Part shown: in pieces, positions 16,111-31,640 of the stretch
Position numbering within the stretch: position 1 is the first letter of the stretch
Layout: the number at the start of each line of letters is the position of its first letter
Source of the DNA: Eledone cirrhosa
Lineage: Eukaryota
Length of the DNA stretch: 64,000 nucleotides
Direction of reading: 5' to 3'
NCBI GenBank assembly: GCA_964016885.1
Contig: OZ024743.1
Location: forward strand, 130,386,001 to 130,450,000
The notes under the pieces: generated by a model
The model's database searches: none
Told to the model about the DNA's origin: nothing
The model's input: the letters and a program-made list of their open reading frames with translations, nothing else
Position numbers and translations under genes: made by a program

Positions 16111-19100
16111 CACCAAGCACCAAGCACCAAACACCAAACACCAAGCACCAAGCACCCAGAACCAAGCACCAAGCACCAAACACCAAACAACAACCACCAA
16201 GCACCAAACACCAAACACCAAGCACCAAGCACCTAGCACCAAGCACCAAACACCAAACACCAAGGACCAATCACCAAACACCAAGCACCAAGCACCAAAC
16301 ACCAAACACCAAACACCTAGCACCAAGCACCAAGCACCAAACACCAAGCACCAAACACCAAGCACCAAGCACCAAGCACCAAGCACCAAGCACCAAACAC
16401 CAAGCACCAAGCACCCAGAACAAAGCACCAAGCACCAAACACCAAACACCAAGCTCCAAGCACCAAACACCAAACACGAAGCACCATGCACCAAGCACCA
16501 AGCACCAAACACCAAACACCAAGCACCAAGCACCAAACACCAAACACCAAGCACCAATCACCATACACCAAGCACCAAGCACCAAACACCAAACACCAAG
16601 CACCAATCACCATACACCTAGCACCGAGCACCAAGCACCAAACACCAAGCACCAAACACCAAGCACCATGCACCAAGCACCAAGCACCAAGCACCAAACA
16701 CCAATCACCAAGCCCCAAGCACCAAACACCAAGCACCAAGCACCAAACACCAAACACCAAGCACCAAGCACCCAGAACCAAGCACCAAGCACCAAACACC
16801 AAACACAAAGCACCAAGCACCAAACACCAAACACCAAGCACCAAGCACCAAGCACCAAGTACCAAACACCATACACCAAGCACCAAGCACCAAACACCAA
16901 AAACCAATCACCAAGCACCAAAGAGCAAACACCAAGCCCCAAGCACCAAACAACAAACACCAAACACCAAAAAGCAAACACTAAACACAAAACACCAAAC
17001 AGCAAACACAAAACACCAAATAGCAAACACCAAACACCAACCAGGAAACACCAAACAGCAAACACCAAACAGCAAACGCCAAACAGCAAACACAAACACC
17101 AAACACCAAACACCAAGCACCAAGCACCAAGCACAAAACACCAAGCACCAAGCGCCAAGCACCAAACACCAAACACCAAACACCAAACAGCAAACACCAA
17201 TCACCAAACACCAGACACCAAACACCAAACAGCAAACACCAAACACCAAACAGCAAACACCAAACAGCAAACACCAAACAGCAAACACGAAACAGCAAAC
17301 ACCACACAGCAAACACCAAACAGCAAACACTCAAACAGCAAACAGCAAACACCAAACTCCAAACACCAAGCACCAAGCACCAAACACCAAGCACCAAGCA
17401 ACAAGCACCAATCACCAAGCACCAAGCACTAAACACCAAACACCTAGCACCAAGCACCAAGCACCAAACACCAAGCACCAAGCACCAAGCACCAAACACC
17501 AAGCACCAAAGACCAAGCCCCAAATACCAAGCACCAAGCACCAAACACTAATCACCAGGGACCAAGCACCAAACACCAAGAACCAAGCACCAAGCACTAA
17601 ACACCAAACACCAAGCACCAAGCACCAAACACCAAACACCAAGCACCAAGTACCAAACTCCAAACACCAAACACCAAGCACCAAGCACCAAATCCCAAGC
17701 ACCAAACACCAAGCACCAATCACCAAACACCAAACACCAAGCGCCAAGCACCAAACACCAAGCACCAAGCACGAAACACCAAGCACCAAGCACCGAGCAC
17801 CAAACACCAAGTACCAAGCACCAATCACCAAACATCAAGCACCAAGCACCAAACACCAAACAGCAAGCACCAAGCACCAAGCACCAAACATAAAACAACA
17901 AGTACCAAGCTCCAAACACCAAACACCAAACACCAAACACCAAGCACAAAGCACCAAACACCAAACACCAAGCACCAAGCACCAGACACCAAGCACCAAG
18001 CACCAAGCACCAAGCACCAAAAACCAAGCACCAAGCTCCAAGGACCAAACACCAATAACCAAACACCAAACACAAAGCACCAAGCACCAAACACCAAACA
18101 CCAAGCACCAAGCACCAAACACCATACACCAAGCACCAATCACCAAACACCAAGCACCAAGCGCCAAACACCAAACACCAAACACCTAGCACCAAGCACC
18201 AAGCACCGAACACCAAGCACCAAACACCAAGCACCAAGCACCAAGCACCAAGCACCAAACACCAATCACCAAGCCCCAAGCACCAAACACCAAGCACCAA
18301 GACCCAAACACCAAACACCAAGCACCATGCACCCAGAACCAAGCACCAAGCACCAAACACCAAACACCAAGCACCAAGCACCAAACACCAAACACCAAGC
18401 ACCAAGCACCAAACACTATACACCAAGCACCAAGCACCAAACACCAAAAACCAATCACCAAGCACCAAAGAGCAAACACCAAGCCCCAAGCACCAAACAC
18501 CAAACACCAAACACCAAAAAGCAAACACTAAACACAAAACACCAAACAGCAAACACCAAACACCAAATAGCAAACACCAAACACCAACCAGGAAACAGCA
18601 AACACCAAACAGCAAACGCCAAACAGCAAACACAAACACCAAACACCAAACACCAAGCACCAAGCACCAAGCACAAAACACCAAGCACCAAACGCCAAGC
18701 ACCAAACACCAAACACCAAACACCAAACAGCAAACACCAATCACCAAACACCAGACACCAAACACCAAACAGCAAACACCAAACACCAAACAGCAAACAC
18801 CAAACACCAAACACCAAACAGCAAACACGAAACAGCAAACACCAAACAGCAAACACCAAACAGCAAACACCAAACAGCAAACAGCAAACACCAAACTCCA
18901 AACACAAAGCACCAAGCACCAAACACCAAGCACCAAGCAACAAGCACCAATCACCAAGCACCAAGCACTAAACACCAAACACCTAGCACCAAGCACCAAG
19001 CACCAAACACCAAGCACCAAGCACCAAGCACCAAACACCAAGCACCAAAGACCAAGCCCCAAATACCAAGCACCAAGCACCAAACACTAATCACCAGGGA

Positions 19101-22100
19101 CCAAGCACCAAACACCAAGAACCAAGCACCAAGCACTAAACACCAAACACCAAGCACCAAACACGAAACACCAAGCACCAAATACCAAACTCCAAACACC
19201 AAACACCAAGCACCAAGCACCAAATCCCAAGCACCAAACACCAAGCACCAATCACCAAACACCAAACACCAAGCGCCAATCACCAAACACCAAGCACCAA
19301 GCACGAAACACCAAGCACCAAGCACCGAGCACCAAACACCAAGTACCAAGCACCAATCACCAAACACCAAGCACCAAGCACCAAACACCAAACAGCAAGC
19401 ACCAAGCACCAAGCACCAAACATAAAACAACAAGTACCAAGCACCAAACACCAAACACCAAACACCAAACACCAAGCACAAAGCACCAAACACCAAACAC
19501 CAAGCACCAAGCACCAGACACCAAGCACCAAGCACCAAGCACCAAGCACAAAAAACCAAGCACCAAGCTCCAAGGACCAAACACCAAGCACCAAACACCA
19601 AACACAAAGCACCAAGCACCAAACACCAAACACCAAGCACCAAGCACCAAACACCATACACCAAGCACCAATCACCAAACACCAAGCACCAAGCGCCAAA
19701 CAACAAACACCAAACACCTAGCACCAAGCACCAAGCACCGAACACCAAGCACCAAACACCAAGCACCAAGCACCAAGCACCAAGCACCAAACACCAATCA
19801 CCAAGCCCCAAGCACCAAACACCAAGCACCAAGACCCAAACACCAAACACCAAGCACCATGCACCCAGAACCAAGCACCAAGCACCAAACACCAAACACC
19901 AAGCACCAAGCACCAAACACCAAACACCAAGCACCAAGCACCAAACACTATACACCAAGCACCAAGCACCAAACACCAAAAAACAATCACCAAGCACCAA
20001 AGAGCAAACACCAAGCCCCAAGCACCAAACACCAAACACCAAACACCAAAAAGCAAACACTAAACACAAAACACCAAACAGCAAACACCAAACACCAAAT
20101 AGCAAACACCAAACACCAACCAGGAAACAGCAAACACCAAACAGCAAACGCCAAACAGCAAACACAAACACCAAACACCAAACACCAAGCACCAAGCACC
20201 AAGCACAAAACACCAAGCACCAAGCGCCAAGCACCAAACACCAAACACCAAACACCAAACAGCAAACACCAATCACCAAACACCAGACACCAAACACCAA
20301 ACAGCAAACACCAAACACCAAACAGCAAACACCAAACACCAAACACCAAACAGCAAACACGAAACAGCAAACACCAAACAGCAAACACCAAACAGCAAAC
20401 ACCAAACAGCAAACAGCAAACACCAAACTCCAAACACAAAGCACCAAGCACCAAACACCAAGCACCAAGCAACAAGCACCAATCACCAAGCACCAAGCAC
20501 TAAACACCAAACACCTAGCACCAAGCACCAAGCACCAAACACCAAGCACCAAGCACCAAGCACCAAACACCAAGCACCAAAGACCAAGCCCCAAATACCA
20601 AGCACCAAGCACCAAACACTAATCACCAGGGACCAAGCACCAAACACCAAGAACCAAGCACCAAGCACTAAACACCAAACACCAAGCACCAAACACGAAA
20701 CACCAAGCACCAAATACCAAACTCCAAACACCAAACACCAAGCACCAAGCACCAAATCCCAAGCACCAAACACCAAGCACCAATCACCAAACACCAAACA
20801 CCAAGCGCCAAGCACCAAACACCAAGCACCAAGCACGAAACACCAAGCACCAAGCACCGAGCACCAAACACCAAGTACCAAGCACCAATCACCAAACACC
20901 AAGCACCAAGCACCAAACACCAAACAGCAAGCACCAAGCACCAAGCACCAAACATAAAACAACAAGTACCAAGCACCAAACACCAAACACCAAACACCAA
21001 ACACCAAGCACAAAGCACCAAACACCAAACACCAAGCACCAAGCACCAGACACCAAGCACCAAGCACCAAGCACCAAGCACCAAAAACCAAGCACCAAGC
21101 TCCAAGGACCAAACACCAAGCACCAAACACCAAACACAAAGCACCAAGCACCAAACACCAAACACCAAGCACCAAGCACCAAACACCAAACACCAAGCAC
21201 CAATCACCAAACACCAAGCACCAAGCGCCAAACACCAAACACCAAACACCTAGCACCAAGCACCAAGCACCGAACACCAAGCACCAAACACCAAGCACCA
21301 AGCACCAAACACCAAGCACCAAGACCCAAACACCAAACACCAAGCACCATGCACCCAGAACCAAGCACCAAGCACCAAACACCAAACACCAAGCACCAAG
21401 CACCAAACACCAAACACCAAGCACCAAGCACCAAGCACCAAGCACCAAATACCATACACCAAGTACCAAGCACCAAACACCAAAAACCAATCACCAAGCA
21501 CCAAAGAGCAAACACCAAGCCCCAAGCACCAAACACCAAACACCAAACACCAAAAAGCAAACACTAAACACAAAACACCAAACAGCAAACACCAAACACC
21601 AAATAGCAAACACCAAACACCAACCAGGAAACACCAAACAGCAAACACCAAACAGCAAACGCCAAACAGCAAACACAAACACCAAACAACAAACACCAAG
21701 CACCAAGCACCAAGCACAAAACACCAAGCACCAAGCGCCAAGCACCAAACACCAAACACCAAACACCAAACAGCAAACACCAATCACCAAACACCAGACA
21801 CCAAACACCAAACAGCAAACACCAAACACCAAACAGCAAACACCAAACACCAAACACCAAACAGCAAACACGAAACAGCAAACACCAAACAGCAAACACC
21901 AAACAGCAAACACCAAACAGCAAACAGCAAACATCAAACTCCAAACACCAAGCATCAAGCACCAAACACCAAGCACCAAGCAACAAGCACCAATCACCAA
22001 GCACCAAGCACTAAACACCAAACACCTAGCACCAAGCACCAAGCACCAAACACCAAGCACCAAGCACCAAGCACCAAACACCAAGCACCAAAGACCAAGC

Positions 22101-25100
22101 CCCAAATACCAAGCACCAAGCACCAAACACTAATCACCAGGGACCAAGCACCAAACACCAAGAACCAAGCACCAAACACTAAACACCAAACACCAAGCAC
22201 CAAGCACCAAACACCAAACACCAAGCACCAAGTACCAAACTCCAAACACCAAACACCAAGCACCAAGCACCAAATCCCAAGCACCAAACACCAAGCACCA
22301 ATCACCAAACACCAAACACCAAGCGCCAAGCACCAAACACCAAGCACCAAGCACGAAACACCAAGCACCAAGCACTGAGCACCAAACACCAAGTACCAAG
22401 CACCAATCACCAAACACCAAGCACCAAGCACCAAACACCAAACAGCAAGCACCAAGCACCAAGCACCAAACATAAAACAACAAGTACCAAGCACCAAACA
22501 CCAAACACCAAACACCAAACACCAAGCACAAAGCACCAAACACCAAACACCAAGCACCAAGCACCAGACACCAAGCACCAAGCACCAAGCACCAAGCACC
22601 AAAAACCAAGCACCAAGCTCCAAGGACCAAACACCAAGCACAAAACACCAAACACAAAGCACCAAGCACCAAACACCAAACACCAAGCACCAAGCACCAA
22701 ACACCAAACACCAAGCACCAATCACCAAACACCAAGCACCAAGCACCAAACACCAAACACCAAACACCTAGCACCAAGCACCAAGCATCGAACACCAAGC
22801 ACCAAACACCAAGCACCAAGCACCAAGCACCAAGCACCAAGCACCAAACACCAATCACCAAGACCCAAACACCAAACACCAAGCACCAAGACCCAAACAC
22901 CAGAAACCAAGCACCATGCACCCAGAACCAAGCACCAAGCACCAAACACCAAACACCAAGCACCAAGCACCAAACACCAAACACCAAGCACCAAGCACCA
23001 AGCACCAAGCACCAAACACCATACACCAAGCACCAAGCACCAAACACCAAAAACCAATCACCAAGCACCAAAGAGCAAACACCAAGCCCCAAGCACCAAT
23101 CACCAAACACCAAACACCAAACAACAAACACTAAACAACAAACACCAAACAGCAAACACCAAACACCAAATAGCAAACACCAAACACCAACCAGGAAACA
23201 CCAAACAGCAAACACCAAACAGCAATCGCCAAACAGCAAACACAAACACCAAACACCAAACAGCAAGCACCAAGCACCAAGCACAAAACACCAAGCACCA
23301 GGCGCCAAGTACCAAACACCAAACACCAAACACCAAACAGCAAACACCAATCACCAAACACCAGACACCAAACACCAAACAGCAAACACCAAACACCAAA
23401 CAGCAAACACCAAACACCAAACACCAAACAGCAAACACCAAACAGCAAACACCAAACACCAAACACCAAACACCAAGCACCAAGCACCAAACACCAAGCA
23501 CCAAGCAACAAACACCAATCACCAAGCACCAAGCACTAAAAACCAAACACCCAGCACCAAGCACCAAGAACCAAAGACCAAACACCAAGCACCAAGCACC
23601 AAACACCAAGCACCAAAGACCAAGCCCCAAATACCAAGCACCAAGCACCAAACACCAATCACCAGGCACCAAGCACCAAACACCAAGAACCAAGCACCAA
23701 GCACTAAACACCAAATACCAAGCACCAAGCACCAAACTCCAAACACCAAGCACCAAGTACCAAACTCCAAACACCAAACACCAAGCACCAAGCACCAAAT
23801 CCCAAGCACCAAACACCAAGCACCAATCACCAAACACCAAACACCAAGCACCAAGCACCAAACACCAAAAACCAAGCACCAAGCACCAAGCACCAAACAC
23901 CAAACGCCAATCACCGAACACCAAGTACCAAGTGCCAAACACCAAGCACCAAGCGCCAAAGACCAAACACCAGGCACCAAGCACGAAACACCAAGCACCA
24001 AGCACCAAACACCAAGAACCAAGCACCAAACACCAGACAGCAAGCACCAAGCACCAAACACCATGCACCCAGAACCAAGCACCAAGCACCAAACACCAAA
24101 CACCAAGCACCAAGCACCAAACACCAAACACCAAGCACCAAGCACCAAGCACCAAGCACCAAACACCATACACCAAGCACCAAGCACCAAACACCAAAAA
24201 CCAATCACCAAGCACCAAAGAGCAAACACCAAGCCCCAAGCACCAAACACCAAACACCAAACACCAAACAACAAACACTAAACACCAAACAACAAACAGC
24301 AAACACCAAACACCAAATAGCAAACACCAAACACCAACCAGGAAACACCAAACAGCAAACACCAAACAGCAAACGCCAAACAGCAAACACAAACACCAAA
24401 CACCAAACACCAAGCACCAAGCACCAAGCACAAAACACCAAGCACCAAGCGCCAAGCACCAAACACCAAACACCAAACACCAAACAGCAAACACCAATCA
24501 CCAAATACCAGACACCAAACACCAAACAGCAAACACCAAACACCAAACACCAAACAGCAAACACGAAACAGCAAACACCAAACAGCAGACACCAAACAGC
24601 AAACACCAAACAGCAAACACCAAACACCAAACACCAAACACCAAGCACCAACCACCAAACACCAAGCACCAAGCAACAAACACCAATCACCAAGCACCGA
24701 GCACTAAAAACCAAACATCTAGCACCAAGCACCAAGCACCAAACACCAAGCACCAAGCACCAAGCACCAAACACCAAGCACCAAAGACCAAGCCCCAAAT
24801 ACCAAGCACCAAGCACCAAACACCAATCACCAGGCACCAAGCACCAAACACCAAGAACCAAGCACCAAGCACTAAACACCAAATACCAAGCACCAAGCAC
24901 CAAACACCAAACACCAAGCACCAAGTACCAAACTCCAAACACCAAACACCAAGCACCAAGCACCAAATCCCAAGCACCAAACACCAAGCACCAATCACCA
25001 AACACCAAACACCAAGCACCAAGCACCAAACACCAAAAACCAAGCACCAAGCACCAAGCACCAAACACCTAACGCCAAACACCGAAAACCAAGTACCAAG

Positions 25101-27779
25101 CACCAAACACCAAGCACCAAGCGTCAAAGACCAAACACCTAGCACCAAGCACAAAACACCAAGCACCAAGCACCGAGCACCAAACACCAAGTACCAGGCA
25201 CCAATCACCAAACACCAAGAACCAAGCACCAAACACCAGACAGCAAGCACCAAGCACCAAACACCAAACTCCAAGCACCAAGCACCAAACACCAAGCACC
25301 AAGCGCCAAAGACCAAACACCAGGCACCAAGCACGAAACACCAAGCACCAAGCACCAAACACCAAGAACCAAGCACCAAACACCAGACAGCAAGCACCAA
25401 GCACCAAACACCAAACACCAAGCACCAAGCACCAAACACCAAGCACCAAGCGCCAAACACCAAACACCAAGCACCAAGCACCAAACACCAAGCACCAACC
25501 ACCAAGCACCAAACACCAAGCACCAAGCACCAAACACCAAACACCAAACACCTAGCACCAAGCACCAAGCACCAAACACCAAGCACCAAACACCAAGCAC
25601 CAAGCACCAAGCACCAAGCACCAAGCACCAAACACCAATCACCAAGCCCCAAGCACCAAACACCAAGCACCCAGCACCATACACCAAACACCAAGCACCA
25701 AGCACCCACAACAAAGCACCAAGCACCAAACACCAAACACCAAACACCAAACACCAAGCACCAAGCACCAGACACCAAGCACCAAGCACCAAGCACCAAG
25801 CACCAAAGACCAAGCACCAAGCTCCAAGCACCAAACACCAAGCACCAAACACCAAACACCAAGCACCAAGCACCAAACACCAAGCACAAAGCGCCAAACA
25901 CCAAACTCCAAGCACCAAGCACCAAACACCAAGCACCAACCACCAAGCACCAAACACCAAGCACCAGGCACCAAGCACCAAGCACCAAGCACCAAACACC
26001 AAGCACCAAGCACCAAACAGCAAACACCAAGCACCAAACACCAAACACCAAGCACCAAGCAACAAACACCAAACACCAAGCACCAAACACCAATCACCAA
26101 GCCCCAAGCACCAAACACCAAGCACCAAGCACCAAACACCAAGCACCAAGCACCAAGCACCATGCACCAAACACCAAGCACCAAGCACCAAACAGCAAAC
26201 ACCAAACAGCAAACACCAAACAGCAAACACCAAACAGCAAACGCCAAAAAGCAAACGCCAAACTCCAAACGCCAAACAACAAATGCCAAACCCCAAACGC
26301 CAATCAGCAAACGCCAAGCACCAAACACCAAACACCAAGCGCCAAGCACCAAACACCAAACACCAAGCACCAAGCACCAAACACCAAACACCAAGCACCA
26401 AGTACCAAACACCAAACACCAAGCACCAAACACCAAACAGCAAACGCAAAAAAGCAAACGCCAAACCCCATACGCCAAACAGCAAATGCCAAACCCCAAA
26501 TGCCAAACAGCAAACGCCAAGCACCAAACACCAAACACCAAGCGCCAAGCGCCAAGCACCAAGCACCAAGCACCAAGCACCAAGCACCAAACACCAAACA
26601 CCAAGCACCAATCACCAAACACCAAACACCAAGCGCCAAACACCAAACACCAAACACCTAGCACCAATCACCAATCACCAAACAGCAAGCACCAAACGCC
26701 AAGCACCAAGCACCAAGCACCAAGCACCAAGCACCAAACACCAATCACCAAGCCCCAAGCACCAAACACCAAGCACCCAGCACCAAACACCAAACACCAA
26801 GCACCAAGCACCCAGAACAAAGCACCAAGCACCAAACACCAAGCACCAAGCACCAAGCACCAAGCACTAAACACCAATCACCAAGCCCCAAACACCAAAC
26901 ACCAAGCACCAAGCACCCAGAACCAAGCACCAAGCACCAAACACCAAACACCAAGCACCAAGCACCAAACACCAAACACCAAGCAGCAAGCACCAAGCAC
27001 CAAGCACCAAACACCATACACCAAGCACAAAGGACCAAACACCAAAAACCAATCACCAAGCACCAAAGAGCAAACACCAAGCCCCAAGCACCAAACACCA
27101 AACACCAAACACCAAATAGCAAACACTAAACACCAAACACCAAACAGCAAACACAAAACACCAAATAGCAAACACCAAAGAGCAAACACCAAACACCAAA
27201 CAGCAAACACCAAACACCAACCAGGAAACACCAACCAGGAAACACCAAGCACCAAGCCCCAAGCACCAAACACCAAGCACCAAGCACCAAAGACCAAGCA
27301 CCATGCACCTAGCACCATGCACCAAACACCAAGCACCAAGCACCAAACAGCAAACACCAAACAGTAAACACCAAACACCAAACACCAACCAGCAAACACC
27401 AAACACCAAACACCAAACAGCAAACACCAAACAGCAAACACCAAACAGCAAACACCAAACACCAAACACCAAACAGCAAACGCCAAAAAGCAAACGCCAA
27501 ACTCCAAACGCCAAACAGCAAACGCCAAGGACCAAACACCAAACACCAAGCGCCAAGCACCAAACACCAAACACCAAGCACCAAGTACCACACATCAAAC
27601 ACCGAGCACCAAACACCAAACACCAGGCCCAAACACCAAGCACCAATCACCAAGCACCAAGCACCAAGCAACAAACATAAAGCACCAATCACCAAGCACC
27701 GAGCACCAAGCACCAAGCACCAAGCACCAAACACCAAGCACCAAACACTAAACACCAAGCACCAAGCACCAATCACCAA

Positions 27780-30700
27780 ACACCAAGCACCAAGCACCAA
27801 ACACCAAACAGCAAGCACCAAGCACCAAACACCAAACACCAAGTACCAAGCCCAAAGCACCAAACACCAAGCACCTAGCAGCAAGCCCCAAACACCAAAC
27901 ACCAAGCACCAAGCACCAAGCACCAAGCACCAAGCACCAAGCACCAAGCACCAAACACCAATCACCAAGCCCCAAGCACCAAACACCAAGCACCAAGCAC
28001 CAAACACCAAACACCAAGCACCAAGCACCCAGAACCAAGCACCAAGCACCAAACACCAAACAACAACCACCAAGCACCAAACACCAAACACCAAGCACCA
28101 AGCACCTAGCACCAAGCACCAAACACCAAACACCAAGGACCAATCACCAAACACCAAGCACCAAGCACCAAACACCAAACACCAAACACCTAGCACCAAG
28201 CACCAAGCACCAAACACCAAGCACCAAACACCAAGCACCAAGCACCAAGCACCAAGCACCAAGCACCAAACACCAAGCACCAAGCACCCAGAACAAAGCA
28301 CCAAGCACCAAACACCAAACACCAAGCTCCAAGCACCAAACACCAAACACGAAGCACCATGCACCAAGCACCAAGCACCAAACACCAAACACCAAGCACC
28401 AAGCACCAAACACCAAACACCAAGCACCAATCACCATACACCAAGCACCAAGCACCAAACACCAAACACCAAGCACCAATCACCATACACCTAGCACCAA
28501 GCACCAAGCACCAAACACCAAGCACCAAACACCAAGCACCATGCACCAAGCACCAAGCACCAAGCACCAAACACCAATCACCAAGCCCCAAGCACCAAAC
28601 ACCAAGCACCAAGCACCAAACACCAAACACCAAGCACCAAGCACCCAGAACCAAGCACCAAGCACCAAACACCAAACACAAAGCACCAAGCACCAAACAC
28701 CAAACACCAAGCACCAAGCACCAAGCACCAAGTACCAAACACCATACACCAAGCACCAAGCACCAAACACCAAAAACCAATCACCAAGCACCAAAGAGCA
28801 AACACCAAGCCCCAAGCACCAAACAACAAACACCAAACACCAAAAAGCAAACACTAAACACAAAACACCAAACAGCAAACACAAAACACCAAATAGCAAA
28901 CACCAAACACCAACCAGGAAACACCAAACAGCAAACACCAAACAGCAAACGCCAAACAGCAAACACAAACACCAAACACCAAACACCAAGCACCAAGCAC
29001 CAAGCACAAAACACCAAGCACCAAGCGCCAAGCACCAAACACCAAACACCAAACACCAAACAGCAAACACCAATCACCAAACACCAGACACCAAACACCA
29101 AACAGCAAACACCAAACACCAAACAGCAAACACCAAACACCAAACACCAAACAGCAAACACGAAACAGCAAACACCACACAGCAAACACCAAACAGCAAA
29201 CACTCAAACAGCAAACAGCAAACACCAAACTCCAAACACCAAGCACCAAGCACCAAACACCAAGCACCAAGCAACAAGCACCAATCACCAAGCACCAAGC
29301 ACTAAACACCAAACACCTAGCACCAAGCACCAAGCACCAAACACCAAGCACCAAGCACCAAGCACCAAACACCAAGCACCAAAGACCAAGCCCCAAATAC
29401 CAAGCACCAAGCACCAAACACTAATCACCAGGGACCAAGCACCAAACACCAAGAACCAAGCACCAAGCACTAAACACCAAACACCAAGCACCAAGCACCA
29501 AACACCAAACACCAAGCACCAAGTACCAAACTCCAAACACCAAACACCAAGCACCAAGCACCAAATCCCAAGCACCAAACACCAAGCACCAATCACCAAA
29601 CACCAAACACCAAGCGCCAAGCACCAAACACCAAGCACCAAGCACGAAACACCAAGCACCAAGCACCGAGCACCAAACACCAAGTACCAAGCACCAATCA
29701 CCAAACATCAAGCACCAAGCACCAAACACCAAACAGCAATCACCAAGCACCAAGCACCAAACATAAAACAACAAGTACCAAGCACCAAACACCAAACACC
29801 AAACACCAAACACCAAGCACAAAGCACCAAACACCAAACACCAAGCACCAAGCACCAGACACCAAGCACCAAGCACCAAGCACCAAGCACCAAAAACCAA
29901 GCACCAAGCTCCAAGGACCAAACTCCAAGCACCAAACACCAAACACAAAGCACCAAGCACCAAACACCAAACACCAAGCACCAAGCACCAAACACCATAC
30001 ACCAAGCACCAATCACCAAACACCAAGCACCAAGCGCCAAACACCAAACACCAAACACCTAGCACCAAGCACCAAGCACCGAACACCAAGCACCAAACAC
30101 CAAGCACCAAGCACCAAGCACCAAGCACCAAACACCAATCACCAAGCCCCAAGCACCAAACACCAAGCACCAAGACCCAAACACCAAACACCAAGCACCA
30201 TGCACCCAGAACCAAGCACCAAGCACCAAACACCAAACACCAAGCACCAAGCACCAAACACCAAACACCAAGCACCAAGCACCAAACACTATACACCAAG
30301 CACCAAGCACCAAACACCAAAAACCAATCACCAAGCACCAAAGAGCAAACACCAAGCCCCAAGCACCAAACACCAAACACCAAACACCAAAAAGCAAACA
30401 CTAAACACAAAACACCAAACAGCAAACACCAAACACCAAATAGCAAACACCAAACACCAACCAGGAAACAGCAAACACCAAACAGCAAACGCCAAACAGC
30501 AAACACAAACACCAAACACCAAACACCAAGCACCAAGCACCAAGCACAAAACACCAAGCACCAAGCGCCAAGCACCAAACACCAAACACCAAACACCAAA
30601 CAGCAAACACCAATCACCAAACACCAGACACCAAACACCAAACAGCAAACACCAAACACCAAACAGCAAACACCAAACACCAAACACCAAACAGCAAACA

Positions 30701-31480
30701 CGAAACAGCAAACACCAAACAGCAAACACCAAACAGCAAACACCAAACAGCAAACAGCAAACACCAAACTCCAAACACAAAGCACCAAGCACCAAACACC
30801 AAGCACCAAGCAACAAGCACCAATCACCAAGCACCAAGCACTAAACACCAAACACCTAGCACCAAGCACCAAGCACCAAACACCAAGCACCAAGCACCAA
30901 GCACCAAACACCAAGCACCAAAGACCAAGCCCCAAATACCAAGCACCAAGCACCAAACACTAATCACCAGGGACCAAGCACCAAACACCAAGAACCAAGC
31001 ACCAAGCACTAAACACCAAACACCAAGCACCAAACACGAAACACCAAGCACCAAATACCAAACTCCAAACACCAAACACCAAGCACCAAGCACCAAATCC
31101 CAAGCACCAAACACCAAGCACCAATCACCAAACACCAAACACCAAGCGCCAATCACCAAACACCAAGCACCAAGCACGAAACACCAAGCACCAAGCACCG
31201 AGCACCAAACACCAAGTACCAAGCACCAATCACCAAACACCAAGCACCAAGCACCAAACACCAAACAGCAAGCACCAAGCACCAAGCACCAAACATAAAA
31301 CAACAAGTACCAAGCACCAAACACCAAACACCAAACACCAAACACCAAGCACAAAGCACCAAACACCAAACACCAAGCACCAAGCACCAGACACCAAGCA
31401 CCACGCACCAAGCACCAAGCACCAAAAACCAAGCACCAAGCTCCAAGGACCAAACACCAAGCACCAAACACCAAACACAA
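27780..31480 (+). repeat. Dispersed ~3.7-kb duplicate of ~15900-19600 (offset 11873 bp)
   Basis: Shared rare markers CCTAGCAGCAAGCCCC (16001/27874) and the 8-bp monomer CACTCAAA (17328/29201). ORF pairs 16486/28359, 17548/29421 and 18327/30200. A few substitutions distinguish the copies. Confidence 0.92.
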
Positions 31481-31640
31481 AGCACCAAGCACCAAACACC
31501 AAACACCAAGCACCAAGCACCAGACACCAAGCACCAAGCACCAAGCACCAAGCACCAAAAACCAAGCACCAAGCTCCAAGGACCAAACACCAAGCACCAA
31601 ACACCAAACACAAAGCACCAAGCACCAAACACCAAACACC
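31370..31640 (+). repeat. Local 133-bp (19-monomer) tandem duplication inside one HOR
   Basis: The block CACCAGA...AAAAACC...CTCCAAGGACC...CACAAAG occurs twice (CTCCAAGG at 31441 and 31574) but only once in sister HORs. Confidence 0.85.
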